Positions 10,381 through 23,065 of a stretch of DNA of 64,000 nt are shown here, one piece after another. The DNA is from Centroscyllium fabricii (taxonomy: Eukaryota). The stretch is from assembly GCA_051313645.2 (NCBI GenBank), contig JBNRSN020000007.1, forward strand, positions 234,980,001 to 235,044,000, written 5' to 3'. A program made the translations under genes and the position numbers. Every line of letters starts with the position of its first letter. Position 1 is the stretch's first letter. The notes under the pieces are model-generated. The model was not told where the DNA came from, made no database searches, and saw only the letters and a program-made list of their open reading frames with translations.

Positions 10381-12844
10381 CCATGATGTGGAGGTGCCAG
10401 TGTTGGACTGGGGTGGACAAATGCAAGAAGTCACACAACACCAGGTTATAGTCCAACAGTTTTATTTGAAATCACAAGCTTTCGGAGCGTTGCTCCTTCA
10501 TCAGGTGTAATAGGGATGCATAAAGACACAGCATATATAGTTGGAGAACAATGTAATCTTTCCAACTGCCCTACATTACACCTCAGCAGAGAGATATTCA
10601 TAGCAATCAAAGGTGTGAATGGTGTTCAAACAGATCAGTCAGGTAGGAACCATCCGAAGAACAATGAAGTGGAGTCACAAAGGGTCAAATGTTACACAGT
10701 CTGGGGTCTGTATGAGAACCAACACAGAATAATTTTTTTAAAAGATTTTTCTTGCTGGAAATCGCAGCCGGTACAGCCGCATCTGTGTAATGAGGACAAG
10801 CCAAAGACGACTCGAGTCTGGATGACTCTACGTCAGGTGGGGTTACATGTAGTGTGACAGGAAGCCAAGCTCTCTCTTGAGGCCGTGCTCATGAGTGCGG
10901 AACTTGGCTATCTGTTTCTGCTCAACAATTTTGCTTGTCGTGTGTCTCGAAGGCCGCCTTGGAGAATGCTTACCCGAAGATTGGAGGCTGAATGTCCTTG
11001 ATTGCTGAAGTGTTCCCCGGCTGGGAGGAAACACTCCTGCCTGGCGATTGTTGTGCGGTGTCCGTTCATCCATTGTCGTAGTGTCTGCATGGTCTTGCCG
11101 ATGTACCATGCTCCGGGGCATCCTTTCCTGCAACGTATGAAGTAGACAACGTTGGCCGAGTCACATGAGTATGTACCATGTACCCAGTGTGTGGTGTCCT
11201 CACGTGTGATGATGGTATCTGTGCTGATGATCTGGCAGAGGTTGCCGTGGCAGGGTTGTGTGGTGTCATGGCCGCTGTTCTCGTGAAAGCTGGGTAATTT
11301 GCTGCGAACGATGGTCTGTTTGAGGTTAGGCAGCTGTTTGAAGGCGAGTATTGGAGGCATGGGGATGGCCTTAGCGAGGTGTTCGTCGTCATCGATGACA
11401 TGTTGAAGGCTGTGAAGAACATGGCGTAGTTTCTCCACTCCGGGGAAGTACTGGACGACAAAGGGTACTCTGTTGGTTGTGTCCCATGTTCGTCTTCTGA
11501 GGAGGTCTATGCGATTTTTCACTGTGGCCCGTCGGAACTGTCGATCGATGAGTCGAGTGTCATACCCCGTTCTTACAAAGGCATCTTTCAGTGTCTGTAG
11601 GTGTCCATCGCGGTCCTCCTCATCTGAGCAGATCCTGTGTATTCGCAGGGCTTGTCCATAGGGGATGGCTTCTTTAACGTGGTTAGGGTGGAAGCTGGAG
11701 TAGTGGATCATCGTGAGGTTGTCCGTGGGCTTGCGGTAGAGGGAAGTGCTGAGGTGTCCTTCTTTGATGGAGATTCATGTATCCAAGAATGAAATCGATT
11801 CTGAGGAGTAGTCCATGGTGAGTTTGATGGTGGGATGGAACTTGTTTATGTTATCGTGTAGTCTTTTCAGTGATTCTTCGCTGTGGGTCCACAGGAGGAA
11901 AATGCCGTTGATGTATCTGGTGTATAGCGTTGGTTGGAAGTACTGTGCAGCGAAGAAGTCTGCTCAAACTTGTGCATGAAGATGTTGGTGTATTGGGGTG
12001 CGAATTTGGTCCCCATGGCTGTTCCATGTGTTTGGGTAAAAAACTGGTTGTTGAAGGTGAAGACATTGTGGTCAAGGATGAAGCGGATGAGTTGTAGGAT
12101 GGCGTCTGGAGATTGGCTATTGTTGGTATTGAGTACTGAGGCTGTCGCAACAATGCCGTCATCGTGGGGGATACTGGTGTAGAGTGCCGAGACATCCATT
12201 GTGGTGAGGAGTGTTCCTGGTTCAACTAGTCCGTGGGTGCTGAGTTTCTGTAAGAAGTCTGTAGTGTCACGACAGAAGCTGGGGGTTCTCTGTACGATGG
12301 GTTTCAGGATGCCCTTGATGTATCCAGAGAGGTTCTCACACAGGGTTCCATTGCCTGATACGATAGGGCGTCCGGGTGTGTTGGCTTTGTGTATCTTTGG
12401 GAGGCAGTAGAATACTCCCACACGGGGATTACGTGGGATGAGAGTACGTAGGATGCTCTGAAAATCTGGATCGAAGGTCTTGATCAATCTGTTGAGTTGG
12501 CAGGTGTGTTCCTTGGTCAGATCTGCGGGTAACTGTCTGTAGTGTTCCTGGTTGTTCAGTTGTCGGTATGCTTCTTTGCAATAGTCCATTCTGTTCTGTA
12601 TGACAATGGCTCCTCCTTTGTCTGCCGGTTTGATGACGATGTTGCGGTTGGTCTTGAGAGCGCGGATGGTGTTGCGTTGTGCTTGGGTGACATTCTGGAC
12701 TGTCTTGTGAGTGCGGCTGATGAATCTAGCATTGATGCATCTCTTGACAGCTTGAGCATACATGTCATCGTCATGTCCATCGCGTTCCTCCTCATCTGAG
12801 CAGATCCTGGAGCCATCATCATACAGAACAGAATGGACTATTGC
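10381..12844 (-). mobile_element. Penelope-like retroelement, 5'-truncated, RT plus GIY-YIG pseudogene
   Basis: ORF 11867-12763 has PLE RT motifs (KPADKGG, PGRPIVS, MDVSALYTSIPH, GTAMGTKFAP); ORF 10908-11711 has the thumb and GIY-YIG region (NVVYFIRC...YIGKT...LRQWMNGH); frameshifted; pLTR at about 10381-10510. Confidence 0.9.
10473..10507 (-). ncRNA. Minimal type I hammerhead ribozyme in the Penelope pLTR
   Basis: Minus strand CAC-CTGATGA-A-GGAGC-AAC-GCTCC-GAAA-GCTT-GTG: perfect core, stem II GGAGC/GCUCC, stem I CAC/GUG, palindromic stem III AAGCUU. Confidence 0.85.
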
Positions 12845-13291
12845 GTCAGCTGTGGCTCAGTTGGTAGCACACTCGCCTTTGAGTCAGAAGGTTGTGGGTT
12901 CAAGTCCCGCTTCCGGGACTTGAGCACATAAAGCTAGGCTGACACTCCAGTGCAGTGCTGGGGGAGTGCTGCGCTGTTGGAGGTGCCGTCTTTCAGATGA
13001 GCCGTTAAACCGAGGCCCCGTCTGCTCTCTCAGGTGGACGTAAAAGATCCTATGGCACTATTTCGAAGAAGAGCAGGGGAGTTATCCCCAGTACCCTGGC
13101 CAATAGTTATCCCTCAACCAACATAAAAAACAGATTATCTGGTCATTATCACATTGCTGTGCGCAAATTGGCTGCCGCATTTCCAACATTACAACAGTGA
13201 CTCCACTTCGAAAGTAATTCATTGGCTGTAAAGTGCTTTGAGATGTCCAGTGGTCATGAAAGGTGCTATATAAATGCAAGTCTTTCTTTCT
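12845..13291 (+). mobile_element. tRNA-derived Deu-domain SINE (SacSINE1-like)
   Basis: A box TGGCTCAGTTGG, B box GGTTCAAGTCC, central GGAGGTGCCGTCTTTCAGATGAG...GTAAAAGATCC block, 3' tail AAAGGTGCTATATAAATGCAAGTCTTTCTTT; second copy at 19813. Confidence 0.8.
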
Positions 13292-13610
13292 ATGATTTCT
13301 CAAGCCTCAGAAAATTCAAGACATCTTTCAGCATCATTCCTGTGAATAGATTGAACTCCAGTTGTATAAAGTAGAAGATACTAACAAAAGGTCTGTTCAA
13401 TTGGATGTGTATACAAATAATTGCCTTGTTTCAAGCCAGTGGCAACACAATGCTTAATGGGACTGTTATACGTACTTGGTTGGGGTGAGTGAAGCACATT
13501 AAGTACTCCTGATAGCCAGGTTATCCCTACTGTGCATGTTGGACATTACAGTTATCCGGATACTCAGAGCACCATTCTGTTTGTGTGTTTTGATTTGTGC
13601 ATGAAGAGGT

Positions 13611-13896
13611 TGTGGGGAACGGTAGTTTCCCACTCTTTAAATACTAAGAAATGGAGGAAAACAGCGGAGCAAATTCAAACAAGTCTTTATTCAACTCTAT
13701 CCATGCAGAACTAACTAGAAAATGTCGCAAAAACGCAAAGCATCGTGGGGCTCTTGAGTGACAGCCCTCCGGACCAGTCAGGGACCATAATCATTGATCT
13801 AACTTATCCAATGGGGAAACGGGGGCGGGACCACTCGGGAAATGTGGATTCTGTGTCCGAGAGAGACCGGATTGTCTCTCGAGTGGCTACGCTACA
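13611..13896 (-). mobile_element. Solo LTR (286 bp) with 4-bp TSD
   Basis: TGTGG...CTACA termini; AGGT at 13607-13610 and 13897-13900; minus-strand AATAAA near 13686; CCAAT and GC box inside. Confidence 0.65.
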
Positions 13897-14027
13897 AGGT
13901 GCGGTGGTGCCCTAAGTATTGGAGTGTGTATTGTGTGCTGGACACACATTGGCCCCAATTTTTGTGTGTAGATTACATCGGATGTCCAGTGGGTAGAGCA
14001 ATCAGACCACCCATCCGATGATGTCAT

Positions 14028-15100
14028 TAAGAAAATAAGAACATGGAGCAGGAGTAGGCCATACAGCCCTTCCAGCCTGCTTCGCCATTCAATAAGACCA
14101 TGGCTGATCGTCAACCTCAACTCCACTTTTCTGCCCGATCCCCATACACCTTGATTTCCCCATGAGTTCAAAAATCTATCTATCTCAGCCTTGAATATAC
14201 TCAAAGACTCTGCATCCACAGCCCTTTGGATAGAGAATTCCAAAGATTCACAACCCTCTGAGTGAAAAAATTCCTCCTCATCTCAGTCTTAAATGACCGA
14301 TCCCTTATCCTGAGACTCTGCCCCCTAGTTCTAGATTCTGCAGTCAAGGAAAAAACTCTCAGCATCTACCCAGTCAATCCCTCTCAGAATCTTATACATT
14401 TCAATGAGTTTTCCTCTCATTCGTCTAAACTCCGGAGAGTATAGGCCCAATCTACTCGATCTCGCTTCATAGGACAACCCTCTCATCCTAGGGATCAATC
14501 TAGTGAACCTTCATTGCACCGCCTCTAATGCATGTATGTCCTTTCTCCAATAAGGAGACCAAAACTCTGCACAGTACTCCAGGTGTGGTCTCATCAAAGC
14601 CCTGTACAATTGTAGTAAAACTTCCTCACTCTAGTACTCCAACCCCATTGCAATAAAGGCTAACATGCCATTTGCTTTCCTAATTGCTTGCTGTACCTGC
14701 ATGTTAACTTTCTGTGTTTCCTGTACGAGGCCACCTGAATCTTTTTGAACACCAACATTTGAAAGTTTCTCCCCATTTAAAAAAATTCTGTCTTTCTATT
14801 CTTCCTACAAAAGTGAATAACCTCACATTTCCTCACATTATAGTCCATCTGCCACCATATTACCCATTCACTAAACCTGTCTATATCCCTTTGCAGGCTC
14901 TTTGTGTCCTCCTCACAGCTTACTTTTCCACCTAGCTTTGTATCGTCAATAAATTTGGATACATTGCACTCGGTCCCTTTCTCTAAGTCATTTAATATAG
15001 ATTGTAAATAGCTGAGGCCCAAGCACTGATCCTCGCTGCATCACACTAGTTGCAGCCTGCCAACCGGAAAATTACCCGTTTATCCCTACTCTCTATTTTT
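14028..15100 (-). mobile_element. CR1/HER1 LINE 3' fragment (RT region to tail)
   Basis: NDLEKGTECNVSKFIDDTKLGG, KCEVIHF, conserved 3' UTR. Confidence 0.85.
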
Positions 15101-15759
15101 GACCTGTTTATCCCTACTGTCTGTTTTGGAAAGCCCGAAACATTTTCAGTGTTGGGCCTTATTTGAATGCGAGGGGTGAACCGATGGTGTGAATCGTGCT
15201 GCTTATAGATAGCTCGATATTTGGGAGGGTGGTAAAGCTGGCAGCGGAAACACTGATAATGGGCTTGCAGGAGCACTTTAAAGGGGAATGTTGTAAAGAT
15301 AGGAAGGTCAATAAAGTAGTTTATTTTACCATTGGAAAATTCAAACAGCACACCCAGGAGCAAGGAGTTCAAGTTAAGGAAGCCTTAAGGCTCAAAACCT
15401 CCAAATTAATCTCGGAAAAATGCCTGGTTCCAGCTTTCCCAACTGTTTCCCTTTAAGTGAGTGCAGGAACTGGATATTTCAAGCCCTGTCCTGCCCATGC
15501 TTTGAGAACGGGTCCAGATTGTTTCTGGCCAGAGTGCTGGCCACCTAAATCAAGGCCCACTTGAAAATCACAGTGGGTGGGCCTTGGCAGTAAGTCACCG
15601 ATTGTTTTCTTTTCTTCCAGGTTTTGTCCTGCTACTGTTCTGTTCATGGGCTGGAAGGTAGATAGAAATTACTTCCATTATATCTATTTATAATTGCATC
15701 TCTACTGGCTCATGGGGTCAGGCTCTTGCAGGTAGGCAGTTATAGGCAGTTGCAAAGGA

Positions 15760-15900
15760 TCATAGAATGATACAGCACAGAAAGAGGCCATTCGGCCCAT
15801 CGTGCCTGTTCTGGTTCTTTGGTAGAGCTACTCAATTAGTCCCACGCCCCTGCTCTTTCCCCATAGCCCTGTTTTCCCTTCAAGCACTTATCTAATTCCC
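15760..15900 (-). mobile_element. Short CR1 3' tail
   Basis: ATCATAGAAT tail and GGCCATTCGGCCCA hairpin like the tail near 44800. Confidence 0.55.
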
Positions 15901-16333
15901 ATTCTTAAACATTGTGTTAGCTCCTTTGTTTTACAACAGCTGACATAATACTACTCCTCCAATGAACTACATAATTGCATAGTCTTGTTGGAGGTAACAT
16001 AACAAATTGGACTGAAATTTGCAGACTCCTAATTTGCTAAGGTTTTGCACCAGATTTATGGTGTTGCAGATGCAAATTCAGCCTGAATCCTTTAGTGTAA
16101 ATTCAAGCACTAGCACAACACACAAATCAGTATCTGATCAGCTCTTATTGTTGCCAAACAGGCAGCACTGTGTGTGGTGATGGAAGATCCCTCCAGTGTT
16201 GTTCTTCTAGATGCTATGTGGTTGGAACCTAACCACCGTTGAATGCAAATGCTGCAGATTCTAGACTTTATTTGGAATAGGCTCTTCATATAAGAGAGTT
16301 AAGAGAATTGCCTGAACACGAAGCACTGTGGCT

Positions 16334-17110
16334 ATAGAAACATAGAAGATAGGAGCAGGAATAGGCCATTCGGCCCCTCGAGCCTGCTCCACCATTTAAT
16401 GAGATCATGGCTGTTGATCCAAATTCAGTACCCTGTCCCTGCTTTCCCCCCATATCCCTTGATCCCTTTAACCTCAAGAAATATATCCAACTCCTTCTTG
16501 AATATATTTAATGAATTGGCCTCAACTGCCCTGTGTGGCACAGAATTCCACAGGTTCACCACTCTCTGGGTGAAGAAATTCCTCCTCATCTCAGTCTTCA
16601 ATTTCCCGTTCACTGCACTCCTCCATTATAAGAACATCCTTCCTCAGATAAGGCGACCAAAACTGCACACAATACTCAAGGTGTGGTCTCACCAAGGCCC
16701 TGTACAACTGCAGCAAGACATCCTTGCTCCTATACTCAAATCCTCTCACTATGAAGGCCAACATACCATTTGCCTTCTTAACCGCCTGCTGCACTTGCAT
16801 GCTTACCTTCAGCGACTGGTGCACAAGGACACCCAGGTCTCATTGCACTTCCCCTTCTCCCAATCTATTGCCATTCAAATAATAATCTGTCTTCCTGTTT
16901 TTGCCACTGAAGTGGATAACCTCGCATTTATCCACATTATACTGCATCTGCCCAATCACCCACCCTGTCCAAATCGTATTGGAGTTTCTCTGCATACTCC
17001 TCACAGCACACATGCCCACCCAGCTTTGTGTCATCTGCAAACTTGGAGGTATTACATCTAGTTCCTGGATCATTAATATATATTGTGAATAGCTGGGGTC
17101 CTAGCACCAA
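16334..17110 (-). mobile_element. CR1/HER1 LINE 3' fragment with an internal deletion
   Basis: [19 protein letters not shown] and RRNFFTQRVVNLWNS with the intervening ORF2 segment missing near 16600; 3' tail at 16334. Confidence 0.85.
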
Positions 17111-17149
17111 TCCTATCTTCTTCCAACACTCGTGAAAATTCCTATGCTA

Positions 17150-17332
<183 letters not shown>

Positions 17333-17520
17333 CTATAGATCAAATGAGACACTTCATACTCACCATACAGTTAAAACATATCCAAAGGAATGTGAATGCT
17401 TTCAGTTTTGTACGTGTCACCATTCCAGCATGCTGTAAATGCAGAAATCTAACATTGAAACAAGTCACTACTGACATATTTATAAGCACAAATAAACTCT
17501 CCTCAATCGACAGGAACAAA

Positions 17521-18130
17521 GGGGGCGATTTTCATGTCCCCGTCAGTTGGGGTCTTCGGCGGCCTGGCCGGCAAAATAGCGGAACCGGAGCACAGTACTG
17601 GTTATTACGGTTGGACTATAACCTGGTGTTGTGTGACTTCTTGCATTTATAACTTTCTCCTTCAAGGTGTGAAGGACATGCTGCCAAATGCTTGGCATGC
17701 CTCCAGCACCTTAGAGGAGTAAGTTACTCCATTCTGGCTGCAGTAGCAGCTTTGAGCAGAAACTGAGAAATCTCAGTTCTGCACAGTTCCTGACAGCCAC
17801 TGAGAGTTGTGAGGGATTCTGAGCCCGCCCGCCCAACTGTCAGTCACCAGCACTTGGCCTTTCCCATTGGCTGCACTCCACTGTGATGTCACAATGGAGT
17901 GTTTCCATGGGAACTGACAACAACCAGTGCTGAACTGTCAATCAAACTGCTCGCAGTCCCGCTGCAGCCCGACTCGATTGACCTAATTACCTCCTGCTGC
18001 CGCCGATGGGGATTTAACAACCTAATTAAACTAAAATTGCGTGGCCTTCCCAGCTGTTTGGGCGGGCAAGGCCAGAGGCGGCCCAGACCAATCCCCGCCA
18101 GGTTCCCACCCTTCCAGCAAAATCCTCCCC
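17521..18130. mobile_element. Harbinger-like MITE with an internal deletion and filler DNA
   Basis: Ends GGGGGCGATTTT ... AAAATCCTCCCC; 3-bp TSD AAA at 17518-17520 and 18131-18133; inverted relative to 558-1342. Confidence 0.75.
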
Positions 18131-18494
18131 AAAGCGGGGGAGTGGCGTCATTTCACTACTTTTACTCTTTTATTTTCTCACTAAAATTGACAAAGATAGG
18201 AATTTTAGCCCCATATGTTTCTGTCTTTGACTTTGAAATATTTGTGCAACGGGAGCCACAGTGGAATTCTCAGCTCTTTGGTGGAACTGCAGGACTAGGT
18301 TGCTGTTGAGAGATTAAACATACCCCGCTTATTGAAAAAGATTGGTTGCTCGTTACAAATAAAAGGTTTAATTCTGTCCAATATAAACAACATTTACAAT
18401 GGAGTCCAACTAAAATCCTTCAGCTAAAATATTTCCTATTTCTATTTTAATCATTCCCATAAATTAGAAGAAACATTTTCTGGTTGAGAGCATT

Positions 18495-18888
18495 TAGAAA
18501 CATAGAAACTAGGAGCAGGAGTAGGCCATTCGGCCCTTCGAGCCTGCTCCGCCATTCAATGAGATCATGGCTGATCATCCAAACCCAGTACCCTGCCCTC
18601 TCCCCATATCCCTCGATCCCTATTGAGCCTGCACCGACACATATCCCACCCTATACCCGTAACCCCACATATTCAATCCCCCTAACACTAAGGGTCAATT
18701 TATCCTGGCCAATCAACCTAACCCGCACATCTTTGGACTGTGGGAGGAAACCGGAGCACCCGGAGGAAACCCACGCAGACACGGGGAGAATGTGCAAACT
18801 CCACACAGATAGTACCCGAGGCTGGATTTGAACCCGGGTCTCCAGTGCTGTGAGACAACAGTGCTAACCGCTGTGCCACCGTGCCGCC
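18495..18888 (-). mobile_element. HE1-type V-SINE
   Basis: Reverse complement of the SINE at 20261; tRNA head, V domain, CR1 tail. Confidence 0.9.
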
Positions 18889-19812
18889 TATCAATATAGT
18901 AATTTTCTTGAGTGAAAATTGATTTTAAACATGATTATTTTTTGGAAGGGAGACATTGCTCATTGGCCATAACCAAAGTTTATACTTGAGATTCTATAAG
19001 AGCTAATCATGCTTCAAATCAAATATTTTAGATCCCAAATTACAGTCCTTTATCTCACCCTCCATTCCCATACCACAAGCTACTGTGAACAAGCAGAATT
19101 GACAAACATGCACAGTTAATTTCTCTTATTACTTACTTTATTTCAAATCATTCAGGTTTTGTGAGGCCCACCTGGAACCCAGCAACATCTGCCTTTTATA
19201 TATGTTTGTTAATTATGTTATTTTTAATTAAGCAGGTTTGTTGCTCGCACAGTGATTTGATGAGTCTATGATTGTGGCATAGCAGTGAAGGAAACTTTTC
19301 TCACAACTGTAACCCAGCATGCAGTTAACACTTGTATGTGAGGAGGATGGAATTGCCGGTAAAGAAAACCTGGATTAACAAAAGGTCATTCGGGCCCTCA
19401 GGTCTATTCCTTCCACAAAGTACAATTTACCCTTTTATGTTCAATCTACCCCATCATAGATTCTACCCATTTTTGTCAGGCAAGCATATTCAGCTGTGAT
19501 GTTCGCCTGATACTGTTAAGGTTTAATCATGATTACTAGCCAACTGGATGAGGTACTATTTGCAAGAGGAAAAAGAAGAACATGAAAGCATCCACCAAAA
19601 TACAAGAAGAAATGAATGCAGGGACTACTCCAGGAAAGTCACTTTAATGTACCCCCCACCCCGTCTCATCACCTGGCTTGAAACTCACAGGCCCGTTTTA
19701 CGTCCCGCCCGATTTTACTTTTCATTGCAGTCAGGGAGAAAAACCACAGCTGCACATCATGTTATATCATTTGATGCAATTTCTATTGTCATATTATTTT
19801 ACTCAGCATAAG

Positions 19813-20258
19813 TGTCAGCTGTGACTCAGTTAGTGGCACTCTCATCAGAAGGTTGTGGGTTCAAGTCCCACTCCAGAGACTGGAGCACAAAATTCTAGGC
19901 TGACCCATCAGTGCAGTGCTGAGGGAGTGCTGCACTGTCGGAGGTGCCGTCTTTTGGATGAGGCACGAAACCAAGGCCCCCTCTGCTCTCCCAGGTGGAC
20001 ATAAAAGATAAAAATTGCACTATTTTGAAGAAGAACAGGGGAGTTATCCTCAGTGTCCTGGCCAATGTTTATTCCTCAATCAACATCACTAATAAAAAAC
20101 AAATTATCTGGTCATTATCACATTGCTATTTCTGTGAGCTTGCTGTGTGCAAACTGACTGCTGCGTTTCCTACATTACAACAGTGATTACACTTCCAAGG
20201 TCCTTAATTGGCTGTAAGACACTTTGGGATGTCCTGTGGTTGTTAAAGGTGCTATATT
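19813..20258 (+). mobile_element. Deu-domain SINE (SacSINE1-like), tail interrupted by an HE1 SINE
   Basis: Colinear with 12845-13291. Confidence 0.8.
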
Positions 20259-20260
20259 AA

Positions 20261-20663
20261 AGGGCGGCACGGTGGCACAGTGGTTAGCACTGTTGTCTCA
20301 CAGCACTGGAGACCCGGGTTCAAATCCAGCCTCGGATACTATCTGTGTGGAGTTTGCACATTCTCCCCGTGTCTGCGTGGGTTTCCTCCGGGTGCTCCGG
20401 TTTCCTCCCACAGTCCAAAGATGTGCGGGTTAGGTTGATTGGCCATGATAAATTGACCCTTAGTGTTAGGGGGATTGAATATGTGGGGTTACGGGGATAG
20501 GGGGGGATATGTGTCGGTGCAGGCTCGATATGGATCGAGGGATTTGGGGAGAGGGCAGGGACAGGGTACTGGGGTTTGGATGATCAGCCATGATCTCATT
20601 GAATGGCGGAGCAGGCTCGAAGGGCCGAATGGCCTTCTCCTGCTCCTAGTTTCTATGTTTCTA
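20261..20663 (+). mobile_element. HE1-type V-SINE
   Basis: GGGCGGCACGGTGGCACAGTGG head, B box GGTTCAAATCC, V domain, TTTCTATGTTTCTA tail. Confidence 0.9.
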
Positions 20664-23065
20664 TTACCACAAATCTTTCTTTTCTTTTAACTCTTCTGCA
20701 TGAAGGCAGTAACCCTTAAATTCAACTATCTTTGTTGCTGTTGCTCTAACAGTTCGCAATTGCTTGACTGTCACCCACCAACGATTGATAAACCGCGATA
20801 GGATATGGAAAATGACCACACATATCTAGAGTGGAGCTATGTACCACTGATTGTACATGATGCCTTGCAAACCTGGCCTGTTGCTCATCCTCAATTACAG
20901 CAGTGAACTCTTAACAGAGGCAAGCTCAGATTGAACCTGGCAAAGATTGAATCACCCTATCTCCCTATGTGATGCGCTATCAATAACTCCAAAAGACTAG
21001 AAGTTATACAAGTAACAAATAAGCTTTTATTCACTAAAGAATGAGAGCATGCCTTTGCTGATCAACTGGTCCAGGACTGAAGGGGGATGGGAAACAGTCA
21101 CCTTTATACCTGGGCCTGAGGGAGGAGCCACAGGCGGAGTCAGCAGAGGCATGTCCAGCTAGGTTACATACATCAGGCAAGAGTGAACTATAATACAACA
21201 ACAACAGTGGTTTACCACATTCACCCCTTGTTTAAAATGAGTCCGGCGGGGTGAAGTGGATTAACATTTATTATAAATTAAGTTTTTCTGGGGGTCTGGT
21301 CTGCCGCTGCGACTGTTGTAGTGCAAGTTCCGGTGTCGAATCCTGGGCGGTCTGGAGCACTGGTGTGTCATCCTCAGCTGCGTTGAGTTGGCGGGTGCTC
21401 AGCGACGGATCCTGGGGCCTTGGCGTGCCGTCTACAGGGGCTAGAAGAACATGCCTTGGCACTGGTGCATCGTGGGTAGCGGTGGGGGTAATGGTGAGGG
21501 GTGGTGGGTAATGGTGGTCTCGGGCTCCGGAGGGTGCTAGATCTCTAATGGAGACCGTGTCCTCCCGCCCGTCAGGGTACACAACATAGGCGTATTGGGG
21601 GTTGGCATGCAGCCCTGTTCCTGGGACTAGGGACAGGGTCACTGGCAAGGCTTGGAAGCTAAGCAGAGCCAGGCCTGGTTAGTACTTGGAAGGGTGACCA
21701 CCAGGGAATACCAGGTGCAGAAGGTCACGAAAGGAGCCCCGGGGAGGGGCGGTTGGCTGAAGATTGTCAGAATGATGGAAAGATGGAATGGCGGCGTGCA
21801 CAGACGCAGCGGCTTTGCTGGACTCTTGGGAGCTCGCAAGATCACATTTCGTTGTTCATGTACTTGTACATTGTATAATGACAATAAAGTTGAATTATTA
21901 TTATTATTAGGAGATGGACCCTTTCGACCAGGGGGTCCGACTTATGGCTCCTCACGTGCTTCCGAAGTAGGACGGGCCCCGGGGATGTCAGCCACGATGG
22001 TAGCGAGGTCCCTGAGGTGGACTTCCTAGGGAAGAGAAACATTTTTTCGTGAGGAGTAGAGTTGGTGGTACAGAGTAGGGATCTGATTGAGTGGAGCGCA
22101 TCAGGGAGGACTTCTTGCCAGCGGGAGACTGGAAGTCTAGCAAGGCGGCCTTCCAGACTGTTGCGTTCTCCCTCTCTACCTGTCCGTTCCCCCGGGGGTT
22201 GTAGCTGGTAGTCCTGCTCCTGGCGACTCCTCTTGCGAGCAGGTACTGGCGCAGCTCGTCACTCATAAAGGAAGAACCCCGGTCGCTATGGATATAGCTG
22301 GGGAACCTGAACAGGGCGAAGAGATTGCGCAGACACTTGATGACTGTGGCAGAGGTCATGTCCGGGCAGGGGATGGCAAAAGGGAAACGTGAGTACTCAT
22401 CAATAATATTGAGGAAGTACACATTGCGGTCAGAGGAGGGGAGGGGCCCTTTGAAGTCGACGCTCAGGCGCTCGAAAGGGCGGGTGGCCTTTATCAGGTG
22501 TGCTCTGTCTGGCCTATGAAAGTGCAGTTTGCACTCGGCACAGACTTGGCAGTTCCTGGTCATGGTCCTGACCTCCTCGCTGGAGTAAGGTAGGTTGCAG
22601 GCCTTGACAAAGTGGAAGAACCTGGTGACTCCCGGCTGGCAGAGATCATTGTGGAGGGACTGCAGTCGATCCAACTGTGCGCTAGCACATGTTCCGCGGG
22701 ATAGGGAATCTGGGGCTCATTGAGCTTCCCGGGCCAGTACAAGATATCATAATTGTAAGTGGCAAGTTTGATTCTCCACCTCAATATCTTGTCATTTTTG
22801 ATTTTGCCCCGCTGCTTGTTATTAAACATGAAAGCAACTGAACGTTGGTCAGTGAGCAGGGTGAATTGTTTACTGGCCAGGTAAAGCCTCCAGTGCCGCA
22901 CAGCTTCCACAATGGCCTGGGCCTCCTTTTCGACAGAGGAGTGTCTAATTTCGGGGCCCTGGAGGGTTCGTGAGAAGAAGGCCACGGGTTTTCCCGCCTG
23001 GTTAAGGGTAGTGGCCAGGGCAAAATCGGACGCATTGCTCTCCACCTGGAACGGGGTGGATTAGT

